From the NCBI GenBank assembly GCA_043228905.1, contig JBHGNT010000016.1:14508001-14572000 (forward strand): a DNA stretch of 64,000 nucleotides, in the 5' to 3' direction. How positions within the stretch are numbered: the stretch's first letter is position 1; each line of letters opens with the position of its first letter. A model generated the notes under the pieces. That model ran no database searches and had not been told where the DNA came from. It was given only the letters and a program-made list of their open reading frames with translations. Shown here piece after piece: positions 1 through 10,782 of the stretch. The position numbers and the translations under genes were made by a program. Source of the stretch: Azolla caroliniana (taxonomy: Eukaryota; Plantae; Polypodiophyta).

Positions 1-136
1 TACCTGGTTACGGAAGACCCGGTGAGAACCGGATGAGAAGTACCCAACTATGGAAGACCCGGTGAGAACCGGATGAGAAGTACCCAACTATGGAAGACCC
101 GGTGAGAACCGGATGAGGAGTACCCGGCAAGAGCCG
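1..136 (+). repeat. Left part of the 5' LTR (U3) of copia element B; ~39-bp tandem units GGAAGACCCGGTGAGAACCGGATGAGAAGTACCCAACTA
   Basis: About 3 units visible; the same units recur at 5636-5760 and in the B 3' LTR (10160-10355). Interrupted at 137 by element A. Confidence 0.85.
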
Positions 137-812
137 TGTTGAGAATCAACGCTCCGATTCACCTTCGCCGCTCGGCCACAACCGAGAAATCGCAAATCAA
201 TGCAGCAGAAAATAGGAAACACAGAGAAAGACACGATAACACAGGGATTAACGTGGAAAACCCTCTACGGAAAAAAAAACCACGGGAGTCCTCAAACTCC
301 AACTATCACTATGAACAGAGATGTACAATGGTGAAGCTTCAAGGCGACAACCTTGAGCTCACTGTCTTCGCCACAGGTGGCGGTAATACACAGAGGCAAC
401 GACCTCTTCGTCTCTCTCTCTCTCTCTCTCTCTCTCGGCTGCTCTCTACACTCTCTCTAAGTGGGAAAACAGAAAATGAGCAACAACAACAAACTGTTTG
501 CCCTAAGTCATATTTATACACATATGACTTTCGGGCTATTTACAAATATAGCCTCAAGGGCTCTTGGCAAACATATTCACAAATATGTCCCCGCATCCGG
601 ATCTCTCTCCGGGTACATACATCATCCGGCTCCGTAGCCGGGTCTTCGTCATCCGGCTCCGTAGCCGGGTCTTCATCATCCGGCTCCGTAGCCGGGTCTT
701 CATCATCCGGCTCCGTAGCCGGGTCTTCATCATCCGGGGCTCCGTAGCCGCAACCGGGCTTGCCGTCATTCATCTCCGGACATCCCATCCGGAGGGACCG
801 TAAATCCCAACA
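137..812 (-). repeat. 3' LTR of element A (676 bp) with 27-bp U3 tandem array
   Basis: TGTTGAG...CCCAACA; matches 4928-5630 apart from one fewer 27-bp unit (CATCCGGCTCCGTAGCCGGGTCTTCRT). Confidence 0.95.
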
Positions 813-826
813 AACTCCCCCTTCAC
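813..826 (-). promoter_or_regulatory. Polypurine tract of element A
   Basis: Minus strand reads GTGAAGGGGGAGTT directly before the 3' LTR TG. Confidence 0.9.
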
Positions 827-3800
827 TTCGGCATGGGATGTCTCTCCAATCCGATCCTCTTCCGGCATGCTTCGAGCCTGTCGGGTGTAAGTACCTTAGT
901 CAACATATCCGACCCGTTCTCGTCTGTGTGGATCTTCGTCAGCACGAACTCCTTGTCATCTATCCTTTCCCGGATCCAGTGGTATCTACGCTGGATGTGT
1001 TTCGTCCGGGAATGGTAGGCCGCGTTCTTCGCAAGGTGGATGGCACTCTGACTGTCGCAGTAGAGTCGGTACTCCTCCTGCCGGATACCGAGCTCTCTAA
1101 TGAAGTCCTTCATCCATATTATTTCCTTGCCGGCTTCAACAGCCGCCATGTACTCCGCCTCCGTGGTTGACAGTGCAACCGTCTTCTGCAGCCTCGACTG
1201 CCACGAAACAGCTCCCCCTGCATACGTCATCACATACCCTGATGTGGACCGGCTGGTATCTGCATCAGCCGACATATCCGAATCGGTGAAGCCATCGAGT
1301 TCGGACTTACCGGAGCCAAATCGGAGGCACACGTTTGCCGTGCCCTTCAGGTATCGGAGTATCCACTTGACCGCGTTCCAGTGCTCTTTGCCGGGATTGC
1401 TCATGTACCGGCTCACCACTCCAACTGCATATCCTATGTCCGGTCGGGTACACACCATCGCGTACATCAAGCTCCCGACGGCCGAGGCATATGGTACTTT
1501 CATCATGTCCTCCTTCTCAGCCTTTGTCTTGGGGCTTTGCTTGCTGGACAGCTTGCAGTTTGCCGGGAGTGATGACCCCACCGGTCTTGCTTCCGACATG
1601 TTGAACCGGTGGAGCACCTTCGTCACGTACTTCTCCTGTGACAGCCACAACTGCTTCTTCTTCCGGTCCCGGATGATGTGCATCCCTAGTATTTGCCTCG
1701 CCGGACCCAAGTCCTTCATTGAGAAGGTTCGGTGAAGAGCCTTCTTCAGCATCCGTATCTTGACCTGGTCCCGTCCGACGATCAACATGTCGTCCACGTA
1801 CAGGAGGAGTATTAGAAAGTCTCCTCCCTCGAACTTCTTCACAAACACGCAGTGATCGGACTGCGTTTTGTGGTACCCTTCGTCGGTCATGAAAGAGTCG
1901 AACTTCCGGTACCATTGCCGGGGAGCCTGCTTCAGTCCGTAAAGGCTCTTCTTCAACCGGCATACCAGGTGCTCCTTCCCTTTCTTCTCGAATCCTTCCG
2001 GTTGCTGCATGTAGATCTCATCTTCGAGGTCACCGTGAAGGAATGCCGTCTTCACGTCCATCTGTTCTACCTCGAGGTCCATGCTTGCCGCTATGCTCAG
2101 CACCGTCCGGATGGAGGTCATCTTCACTACCGGGGCAAATATCTCGTCGAAGTCGACGCCCTTCTTCTGCTGGAACCCCTTCACCACGATCCTGGCTTTG
2201 TATCTCGGGGGGTTTCCGGCATCTCCCAGTTTCAGCTTGAACACCCACTTGTTTCGGAGTGCCCGCTTTCCTTTCGGCAACTCCACAAGTTCATATGTGT
2301 GGTTCTCATGCAGAGAATCCATCTCGTCCTGCATGGCACTCAACCACCTGCGGCTCTGGGTGTCGTGCTTTGCTTCTTCAAAGCTCTCCGGCTCCCCCTC
2401 GTCGGTTAGCAGCACGTGCTCTGGTTCCGGAAATCTCCGGGGGGCCCTTCTCTCTCTTAGAGGATATCTCCTTTCCGGAGCTTCGGTAACCGGTTCTTCC
2501 GATTCTTCTTCATCCGAATCCATTTCGGGATCGGGGCCGGTTCCGGTATCATTTTCATCTTCTTCAGCCGGTTCTGTTTCTTCATAGTCTTCGGCCGGGT
2601 CCTCGAGTACTAACCGGTCCCTTGCCGGTCGGGACTGCTCCTCGTAGAGTTGATTCTCACCGGTCGACTTGGAGCTCTTCATCTTCTTCTCCGACTCCCA
2701 GTCGGCGAGTGTCTTGTCCTCCATGAAGATGATATCTCGACTCCTGAATATCTTCTTGTCGACCGGGTCCCATACTCGGTAGCCGAACTCATCGTCGCCG
2801 TAACCGAGGAGTATGCATGGCCGGGTCTTTGGATCTAGCTTTCCTCTCCGGTCCTTTGCCACATGCACGTATGCAAGACACCCGAACACCTTCAGGTGCC
2901 GGTAGGACACTTCCTTACCAGTCCACACTTTCTGCGGCGTGTCTCCGTCCAAAGGTACTGAGGGTGATCTGTTTATCACGTATGTCGCCGTCGACATTGC
3001 CTCAGCCCAAAACCCCTTGGGTAATTTTGCATGCGCCAGCATACTCCGGACCCTCTCCATTATGGTCCGGTTCATCCTCTCGGCCAGCCCGTTCAGTTCC
3101 GGCGTCTTCGGCACGGTAAACTCGAGCCGGATTCCCATCGAACGGCAATACTCCTCAAATTGCCCTCGGTATTCTCCTCCGTTATCCGCTCGTATCGCTT
3201 TCAGCTTCTTGCCGGATTCTCTTTCCACTCTCGCGTGGAGTTCTTTGAAGACGGACAATACTTGGTCCTTTGTCTTCAACGGTGCCGTCCACAGCTTCCG
3301 GCTATGGTCATCTATGAATGTCACGAAGTACTGGGCTCCGCCATGTGACTTCGTTTCTACTTGACACACGTCGGTGTGCACCAGCTCCAATGGTGCGCTA
3401 CGTCTCGTTGGTGGCCTTGAGTGGAAGGAGGTCTGGTTTTGCTTACCGGCCAGACAGTCGGTGCACTTCTCCAGGTGCACATGCTTCACTGGAATAAGGT
3501 TGTCTTCTGCAAGCCTCTTCATCCCCTTCTCACTCATGTGGCACAGTCTCTTGTGCCACAGCTCACCGGCAGTGTCGGCTGCCACATTCAACTCCTCCGG
3601 ACATAGCCGGGAGTTCATCAGGTACAACATGTTAACTTTCCGGGCCCGAGCCACTATCAGACTCCCCTTGCTGAACTTCATTACGCCGTTCCGGATGCTA
3701 CCTGTGTAGCCTTCATCATCTAGCCTCCCGGCCGAAATCAGGTTCAATCGAACCTCCGGAACGTGTCGGACATCCTTCAACAGCATTTTGCATCCGGTCG

Positions 3801-4896
3801 AGGTTGTTAACCACACGTCTCCTATGCCGGCAATCCGGCACGTACCTTCATTTCCCATCCGGACACAGCCGTGCTCACCGGCTGTGTAGGATGAGAAGTA
3901 TTTCTTCTCCGGGGTCAGGTGGAACGACGCTCCGGAATCGACCACCCAGGTCATCTCTTCACCGGCAAGGTTCAGCTCCCTCTCTTCGGTAATGAGCATT
4001 ATTTCTTCTTCACTTGCCGCGAGTGCCGTCGTTCCTTTCCGGTCCTGCCCTCGCCGATCCGGACCTCTCCGGTCCGTGGCTCCCCGGTATGCACCGTTTC
4101 TCTCCGGTGACTTCTTCGAATCGGTGTCATCGGCTCCGTTGTCTTTTCGGTAATGCCGACAATTCTTCCGGAAGTGCCCGGGCTGCCCACAGTGGAAGCA
4201 TGTGGGTCTTCCTCTTGACTGCGACCGGGTCCCCGACTTCTCCCGTCTTTGCGGACTCCGGTTCCATTGTCTTCCCCGTTCCGATTCGGTAAGCAGCGCC
4301 TTCGGGTCGGAGGCCGGTTCTTTATCTCTCCGACGCGCTTCTTCGTTCAAAATACTTGTCTTTACCGTTTGTAGGGACAAGTTATCTTCGGTGCAGGAGG
4401 TGCTGAGAGTCACCACCAAGTTCTCCCAGCTGTCCGGCAATGTACACATCAGGATGATGGCTTGCATTGCATCCTCCAACGGGAACTTGATCGCCGCAAG
4501 CTGGTTCACGAATCCCATGAACGTGCTTACGTGTTCGACCATGCTCTCGCCGTCCCGGTACTTAAGATTCACTATCTTCCTCATCAGGGAGGTCCGGGTC
4601 AGAGCATTCTTCCTCTCATACAGTCCGGACAGCTTCCGCCACATCTCATAGGCGTTCGTATCGTTCGCCACATGTTGCAGGACAGTTACATCGACATACT
4701 GCCGGATCGTCGCTACGGCTTTCCGGTTCAGAAGCTTCCACTCCGACTCTATTACCCCCTTGGGTATCTCGGCATTGTCGATCGGTTCGTACAGGTCTCG
4801 AACGATGAGAAGGTCTTCCATCTTTATCTTCCAGTCGGCGTAGTTCTGTGAGTTCAACACCATCATGCCCGGAGGCCCACTACCGCCGCCTTCCAT
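823..4896 (-). CDS. Copia Gag-Pol polyprotein (1357 aa from MEGGGSG): Gag, CCHC knuckle, protease, GAG-pre-integrase, integrase, RT, RNase H
   Basis: Motifs CFHCGQPGHFRKNC, WVVDSGAS, LWHKRLCH, HTDVC...DNGGEY...NGLAER, LLYVDD, ADMLTK-like SDMLTK. First ATG after the PBS is at 4896. Confidence 0.95.
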   Translation of the reverse strand: MEGGGSGPPGMMVLNSQNYADWKIKMEDLLIVRDLYEPIDNAEIPKGVIESEWKLLNRKAVATIRQYVDVTVLQHVANDTNAYEMWRKLSGLYERKNALTRTSLMRKIVNLKYRDGESMVEHVSTFMGFVNQLAAIKFPLEDAMQAIILMCTLPDSWENLVVTLSTSCTEDNLSLQTVKTSILNEEARRRDKEPASDPKALLTESERGRQWNRSPQRREKSGTRSQSRGRPTCFHCGQPGHFRKNCRHYRKDNGADDTDSKKSPERNGAYRGATDRRGPDRRGQDRKGTTALAASEEEIMLITEERELNLAGEEMTWVVDSGASFHLTPEKKYFSSYTAGEHGCVRMGNEGTCRIAGIGDVWLTTSTGCKMLLKDVRHVPEVRLNLISAGRLDDEGYTGSIRNGVMKFSKGSLIVARARKVNMLYLMNSRLCPEELNVAADTAGELWHKRLCHMSEKGMKRLAEDNLIPVKHVHLEKCTDCLAGKQNQTSFHSRPPTRRSAPLELVHTDVCQVETKSHGGAQYFVTFIDDHSRKLWTAPLKTKDQVLSVFKELHARVERESGKKLKAIRADNGGEYRGQFEEYCRSMGIRLEFTVPKTPELNGLAERMNRTIMERVRSMLAHAKLPKGFWAEAMSTATYVINRSPSVPLDGDTPQKVWTGKEVSYRHLKVFGCLAYVHVAKDRRGKLDPKTRPCILLGYGDDEFGYRVWDPVDKKIFRSRDIIFMEDKTLADWESEKKMKSSKSTGENQLYEEQSRPARDRLVLEDPAEDYEETEPAEEDENDTGTGPDPEMDSDEEESEEPVTEAPERRYPLRERRAPRRFPEPEHVLLTDEGEPESFEEAKHDTQSRRWLSAMQDEMDSLHENHTYELVELPKGKRALRNKWVFKLKLGDAGNPPRYKARIVVKGFQQKKGVDFDEIFAPVVKMTSIRTVLSIAASMDLEVEQMDVKTAFLHGDLEDEIYMQQPEGFEKKGKEHLVCRLKKSLYGLKQAPRQWYRKFDSFMTDEGYHKTQSDHCVFVKKFEGGDFLILLLYVDDMLIVGRDQVKIRMLKKALHRTFSMKDLGPARQILGMHIIRDRKKKQLWLSQEKYVTKVLHRFNMSEARPVGSSLPANCKLSSKQSPKTKAEKEDMMKVPYASAVGSLMYAMVCTRPDIGYAVGVVSRYMSNPGKEHWNAVKWILRYLKGTANVCLRFGSGKSELDGFTDSDMSADADTSRSTSGYVMTYAGGAVSWQSRLQKTVALSTTEAEYMAAVEAGKEIIWMKDFIRELGIRQEEYRLYCDSQSAIHLAKNAAYHSRTKHIQRRYHWIRERIDDKEFVLTKIHTDENGSDMLTKVLTPDRLEACRKRIGLERHPMPK

Positions 4897-4910
4897 TTTC
4901 TGCACTGCCG

Positions 4911-4924
4911 TCGCTCTGATACCA
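4911..4924 (-). promoter_or_regulatory. Primer-binding site (tRNA-iMet) of element A
   Basis: Minus strand TGGTATCAGAGCGA, 3 nt inside the 5' LTR. Confidence 0.93.
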
Positions 4925-4927
4925 CTT

Positions 4928-5630
4928 TGTTGAGAATCAACGCTCCGATTCACCTTCGCCGCTCGGCCACAACCGAGAAATCGCAAATCAATGCAGCAGA
5001 AAATAGGAAACACAGAGAAAGACACGATAACACAGGGATTAACGTGGAAAACCCTCTACGGAAAAAAAAACCACGGGAGTCCTCAAACTCCAACTATCAC
5101 TATGAACAGAGATGTACAATGGTGAAGCTTCAAGGCGACAACCTTGAGCTCACTGTCTTCGCCACAGGTGGCGGTAATACACAGAGGCAACGACCTCTTC
5201 GTCTCTCTCTCTCTCTCTCTCTCTCTCGGCTGCTCTCTACACTCTCTCTAAGTGGGAAAACAGAAAATGAGCAACAACAACAAACTGTTTGCCCTAAGTC
5301 ATATTTATACACATATGACTTTCGGGCTATTTACAAATATAGCCTCAAGGGCTCTTGGCAAACATATTCACAAATATGTCCCCGCATCCGGATCTCTCTC
5401 CGGGTACATACATCATCCGGCTCCGTAGCCGGGTCTTCGTCATCCGGCTCCGTAGCCGGGTCTTCGTCATCCGGCTCCGTAGCCGGGTCTTCATCATCCG
5501 GCTCCGTAGCCGGGTCTTCATCATCCGGCTCCGTAGCCGGGTCTTCATCATCCGGGGCTCCGTAGCCGCAACCGGGCTTGCCGTCATTCATCTCCGGACA
5601 TCCCATCCGGAGGGACCGTAAATCCCAACA
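4928..5630 (-). repeat. 5' LTR of element A (703 bp)
   Basis: Direct repeat of 137-812 with one extra 27-bp unit. Confidence 0.95.
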
Positions 5631-5635
5631 AGCCG

Positions 5636-6188
5636 GATGGTGCAAACCCGGTGAAAACCGGATGAGAAGTACCCAGCTACGGAAGACCCGGTGAGAACCA
5701 GATGAGGAGTACCCGGCAAGAGCCGGATGGTGAAGGCCCGGTGAGAAGTGCTCACCGGATGAAGGGACATATTTGGAAATATGTTTCTGAGAGTCCATCG
5801 GGGCTATATTTGTAAATAGCCGAAAAGTCATATTAGTATAAATATGACTTAGGGCAAACTTTGTTTATGAGAGTTGTTGTCATTCTTGTTGGTGCAAGAC
5901 TAGAGAGCGCATAACTGTGTACAAAGAGAGAGAGAGAGAGAGGAAGAGGTCGTTGCCTTTGTTGTAACCGCCGCCTGTGGCGAAGATCGTGAGCACGAGG
6001 TCGTTGCCTCTGTGAGCTCACTGTTGTAATCATTGTGATATAGTGATAGTTTGGAGTCTGTGGACTCCCGTGGTTTTTCCCTCTCAGGGTTTTCCACGTT
6101 AAACATCCTGTGTACTCTTCTCTCCTTTGTGTCGTGTGTTCTTTTCCCGTTTTTTGTGTTTGATTCTAAGGTCGATTGTGGCCGAGCG
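5636..6188 (+). repeat. Right part of the 5' LTR of element B
   Basis: Near-identical to 10230-10782; TATA-like GTATAAATA at ~5836; the U5 end and PBS are missing. Confidence 0.85.
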
Positions 6189-6202
6189 AAACGACACAGA
6201 AG

Positions 6203-9200
6203 ATGGACGAATCGTTGGGAGGCATGTTCAAGCTCACCGGCTCCAACTATTCGGTGTGGAAGTCGAAGATGAGGGACATGCTCGTGGTTAAAGATCTTTG
6301 GTTGCCGGTTCAATTCAGGGACAAGAGACCGGACAAAATCGATGCCACGATATGGGAGGTGATGCACATGAAGACAACGACGTACATACGGTGCTTCATC
6401 GACATGAGCCTATACAACAACTTCAATGAAGAGAGCAAGGCTCATGAGCTATGGGAGAAGATCGACATTATGTTTCAAAACAAAAATGTTGTCAATCAGG
6501 TTTTGGTATTCCGGAAGTTAGTAAGACTCTGGTACCAAGATGGCTCCAGCATGGCGGAGCACATGAATGCCTTCCAGGGGCTGATCCACCAGGCAACATC
6601 ATTGGAAGTACCTGTCGCCGATGAGGTACTAGCGCTACTCCTGCTCGGTTCCCTCCCGGATAGCTGGGAGACGTTGGTTGTCACTTTGGGCAACGCCGGG
6701 CCGGAAGGGAAACGGTTATCCCTAGCAAGAGTGAAGTCGAGCTTGCTAGATGAGGAGGCGCGTCGGAAAGATAAGGATACGAGCTCCGACTCCAAAGCGC
6801 TCCTTACCGAATCGGAACGCGGAAGACATAGAAACCGTAGTCACCAGAACCGGGAAAAGTCGGGGACACGGTCAAAGTCAAGGGGGAGGCCTACTTGCTT
6901 CTATTGCGGCAAGCTGGGACACTTCCAGAAGAACTGTCGGCATTTCCGGAAAGACAAGGAAACCGACGGAATCGATTCGAAGCGGACACCGGACCGGAAC
7001 GGTAAAGACCGGAGGGGAACGGACCGGAAGGGAACAATGGCAATCGCGGCAAGTGAAGAAGAGTTGATGCTCATCACCGAGGAGAGTGAGATAAACCTTG
7101 TCGGCGACGAGATGACCTGGGTGGTCGACTCCGGAGCGTCGTTCCACCTTACCCCGGACCGGAAATGCTTCTCATCCTACTCAACCGGTGATCACGACTG
7201 TGTCCGGATGGGGAATGAAGGTACATGCCGAATTGTCGGTATAGGAGACGTGTGGCTGACAACACCAACCGGATGTAAGATGCTATTGAAGGATGTCCGA
7301 CACGTTCCGGAGGTTCGTCTGAACCTGATATCAGCCGGTCGGCTAGATGATGAAGGCTACACGGGTAGCATCCGGAATGGTGTTATGAAGTTCAACAAAG
7401 GGAGCCTGATTGTGGCTCGGACCCAGAAGGTTATGTCCGGAGGAAGTGAACGTGGCATCTGACACTACTGGTGAGCTATGGCACAAAAGGCTGTGTCACA
7501 TGAGCGAGAAGGGGATGAAGAGGCTTGCAAACGACAACCGCATTCCAGTGAAGAACGTGCACTTGGAGAAGTGCACTGATTGTCTAGCCGGTAAGCAAAA
7601 CCGGACCTCCTTTTGACCAAGGCCACCGATGAGATGTAATGCACCACTAGAGTTGGAGCATATTGATGTGTGCCAAGTGGACACGAAGTCACATGCAGGA
7701 TCACAGTACTTCGTGATGTTCATAGATGACCACATCCGGAAGCTGTGGGCCACACCATTGAAGACGAAGGATCAGGTGCTATCCGTTTTCAAAGAGCTCC
7801 ACGTGAGAGTGGAAAGAGAAACTGGCTGAAAGCTGAAGGTGGTTCGAGCAGATAACGGAGGTGAATATCGGGGGCAGTTCGAGGAGTACTGTTGCTCGAA
7901 GGGAATCCGGCTCGAATTTACCATGCCGAAGACGCCAGAATTGAACGGGCTGGGCGAGAGGATGAACCGGACCATAATGGAGAGGGTCCGGAGTATGCTG
8001 GTGCATGCAAAACTACCCAAGAAGTTTTGGGCTGAGGCACTATCGACGACGACATATGTGATAAACAGATCACCCTCAGTACCCCTGGACGAAGACACGC
8101 CACAAAGAGTCTGGACCGGTAAGGAAGTGTCCTACCGGCATCTGAAGGTATTCGAGTGTCTTGCGTATGTGCATGTAGCTAAGGACCGGAGAGGAAAACT
8201 AGATCCGAAGACCTGGCCATGCATATTCCTCGGTTACGGCGACGATGAGTTCGGCTACCGAGTGTTTGACCCGATCGACAAGAAGGTATTCCGGAGTCGA
8301 GATATTATCTTCATGGAGGACAAGACGCTCGCTGACTGGGAGTCGGAGAAGAAGATAATGAACTCTGAGTCGACCGGTAAGGATTGATTCTACGATGAGC
8401 AGACCTAACCGGCAAGAGACCGGTTAGCACTCGAGGAACCAGCCGGTTATGGTGAGGATACCGAACCGGCAGAAGAAGAGGTAGAGGAAACTAAAATCGG
8501 AACCGGCCAAGACCCCGAATCGGATTCGGATGAAGATCAAATAGAGGAGCCGGTTGCTGAAAGCCAAAGACGGAGATATCCTCTAAGAGAGAGAAGGGCC
8601 CCCCGGAGATTTCCGGATGCAGAGCATGTGCTGCTAATCGATGAGGGGGAGCCAGAAAGCTTCGAAGAAGCGAAGGGTGACACCCACAGCCGAAAATGGT
8701 TAAGTGCCATGCAGGATGAGATGGATTCCCTGCATGAGAACCATACGTACGAATTGGTGGAGTTGCCGAAAGGTAAGCGGCCACTCCGAAATAAGTGGGT
8801 GTACAAGTTAAAACCGGGAGATGCCGGCAACCCCCCGAGATACAAAGCCAGGATCGTGGTGAAGGGGTTCCAACAGAAGAAGGGCATGGACTTCGACGAG
8901 ATATTTGGCCCAGTAGTAAAGATGACCTCCATCCGGACGGTGCTGAGCATAGCGGCAAGCCTAGACCTCGAGGTAGAGCAGCTGGACGTGAAGACGACAT
9001 TCCTTCATGGTGACCTCGAAGAGGAGATCTACATGCAGCAACCGGAAGGATTCGTGGAGAAGGGGAAGGAGCACCTGGTTTGCCGGTTGAAGAACAACCT
9101 GTACGGACTGAAGCAGGCTCCCCGACAATGGTACCGGAAGTTCGACTCCTTCATGACCGATCAAGGGTACCACAAGACGCAGGCCGATCACTGCGTGTTT

Positions 9201-10152
9201 GTGAAGAAGTTCGAAGGAGGCGACTTCCTAATACTCCTTCTGTACGTGGACGACATGTTGATTGTCGGACGGGACCAAGCCAAAATACGGATGCTGAAGA
9301 AGGCTCTCAACCGAACCTTCGCGATGAAAGAGTTGGGATGCATATCATCCGGAACCGGCCAACGAAGCAACTGTGGCTGTCATAGGAGAAATACGTGACA
9401 AAGGTGCTTCAACGGTTCAACATGTTAGAAGCAAAACCGGTCGGATCGACACTCCTGGCTAACTGCAGGTTATTTGGTAAACAAAGCCCGAAGATGAAAG
9501 CAGAGAAGGCTGATATGATGAAGGTTCCATATGCCTCTACTGTCGGGAGCTTAATGTACGCAATGGTGTGTACCCGACTGGATATAGGATACGCAGTCGG
9601 AGTGGTGAGCCGGTTTGTGAGCAATCCCGGCAAGGAGCACTAGAACGCGGTCAAATGGATACTCCGGTACTTGAAGGGCACTTCAAATATGTGTCTTCGA
9701 TTCAGCTCCGAAAAACCTCAACTTGACAGTTTTACCGATTCGGACATGTCGGCTGATGTGAATACCAGCCGGTCTACATCCAGGTATGTAAGGACATATG
9801 CAGGGGGAGCTGATTCGTGGCAGTTAAGGCTGCAGAAGACGGTTGCGTTGTCAACCACGGAGGCGGAGTACATGGCGGCTGTGGAAGCTGGCAAGGAAAT
9901 ACTATGGATGAAGGACTTCATCGGAGAGCTAGGTATTCGGCAAGATGAATATCGGCTCTATTGTGACAGTCAAAGTGCCATTCACCTTGCTAAGAATGCG
10001 GCCTACCATTCCCGGATGAAGCATATCCAACGAAGGTATTACTGGATCCGGGAAAGAGTAGATGACCAGGAGTTCGCGTTGACGAAGATCCACACGGCCG
10101 AGAACGGGTTAGATATGATGACCAAAGTACTGATACCCGACAAGCTGGATGC
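6203..10152 (+). pseudogene. Disrupted copia gag-pol of element B
   Basis: Gag (MDESLGGMFKL), CFYCGKLGHFQKNC, VVDSGAS, IN, LLYVDD and RNase H are spread over several ORFs by stops and frameshifts. Confidence 0.92.
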
Positions 10153-10154
10153 CT

Positions 10155-10782
10155 CGGCCGAAACCGGATGAAGAGTACCCGGTTATGGAAAACCTGGTGA
10201 GAACCGGATGAGGAGTACCTGGCAAGAGCCGGATGGTGCAGACCCGGTTAGAATCGGATGAGAAGTACCCAACTACAGAAGACTCGGTGAGAACCGGATG
10301 AGGAGTACTCGGCAAGAGCCGGATGGTGAAGGCCCGGTGAGAAGTGCTCACCGGATGAAGGGACATATTTGTAAATATGTTTCTGAGAGTCCATCAGGGC
10401 TATATTTGTAAATAGCCTAAAAGTCATATTAGTATAAATATGACTTAGGGCAAACTTTGTTTATGAGAGTTGTTGTCATTCTTGTTGGTGCAAGACTAGA
10501 GAGCGCGTAACTGTGTACAGAGAGAGAGAGAGAGAGAGGAAGAGGTCTTTGCCTCTGTTGTAACCGCCGCCTGTGGCGAAGATCGTGAGCACGAGGTTGT
10601 TGCCTCTGTGAGCTCACTATTGTAATCATTGTGATATAGTGATAGTTTGGAGTCTGTGGACTCCCGTGGTTTTTCCCTCTCAGGGTTTTCCACGTTAAAC
10701 ATCCTGTGTACTCTTCTCTCCTTTGTGTCGTGTGTTCTTTTCCTGTTTTTTGTGTTTGATTCTAAGCTCGATTGTGGCCGAG
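10155..10782 (+). repeat. 3' LTR of element B, truncated at both ends
   Basis: Copy of the 1-136/5636-6186 sequence; no PPT or TG start, no CA end. Confidence 0.82.

Larger units (their letters stand above)
137..5630 (-). mobile_element. Intact full-length Ty1/copia LTR retrotransposon (element A), inserted in the 5' LTR of element B
   Basis: TG...CA LTRs at 137-812 and 4928-5630; 5-bp TSD AGCCG (132-136, 5631-5635); tRNA-iMet PBS; PPT; uninterrupted gag-PR-IN-RT-RH ORF. Confidence 0.97.

Noticed and set aside
1-135. CRISPR-like look of the 27-39 bp repeats
   Set aside because: Head-to-tail repeats without unique spacers, inside plant LTRs, and no cas genes.
540-788. ORFs with PDDEDPATE / GSVAGSSSS repeats (also 5331-5831)
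   Set aside because: Translations of the 27-bp U3 array; open in several frames only because the unit is a multiple of 3.
1100-4851. Numerous antisense ORFs over copia pol regions
   Set aside because: Shadow ORFs of GC-rich coding sequence, with no recognisable domains.
4897-5025. 43-aa N-terminal extension of the 1400-aa ORF
   Set aside because: Starts at a non-ATG codon inside the LTR and crosses the PBS; C has a different U5, so the real start is the ATG at 4896.
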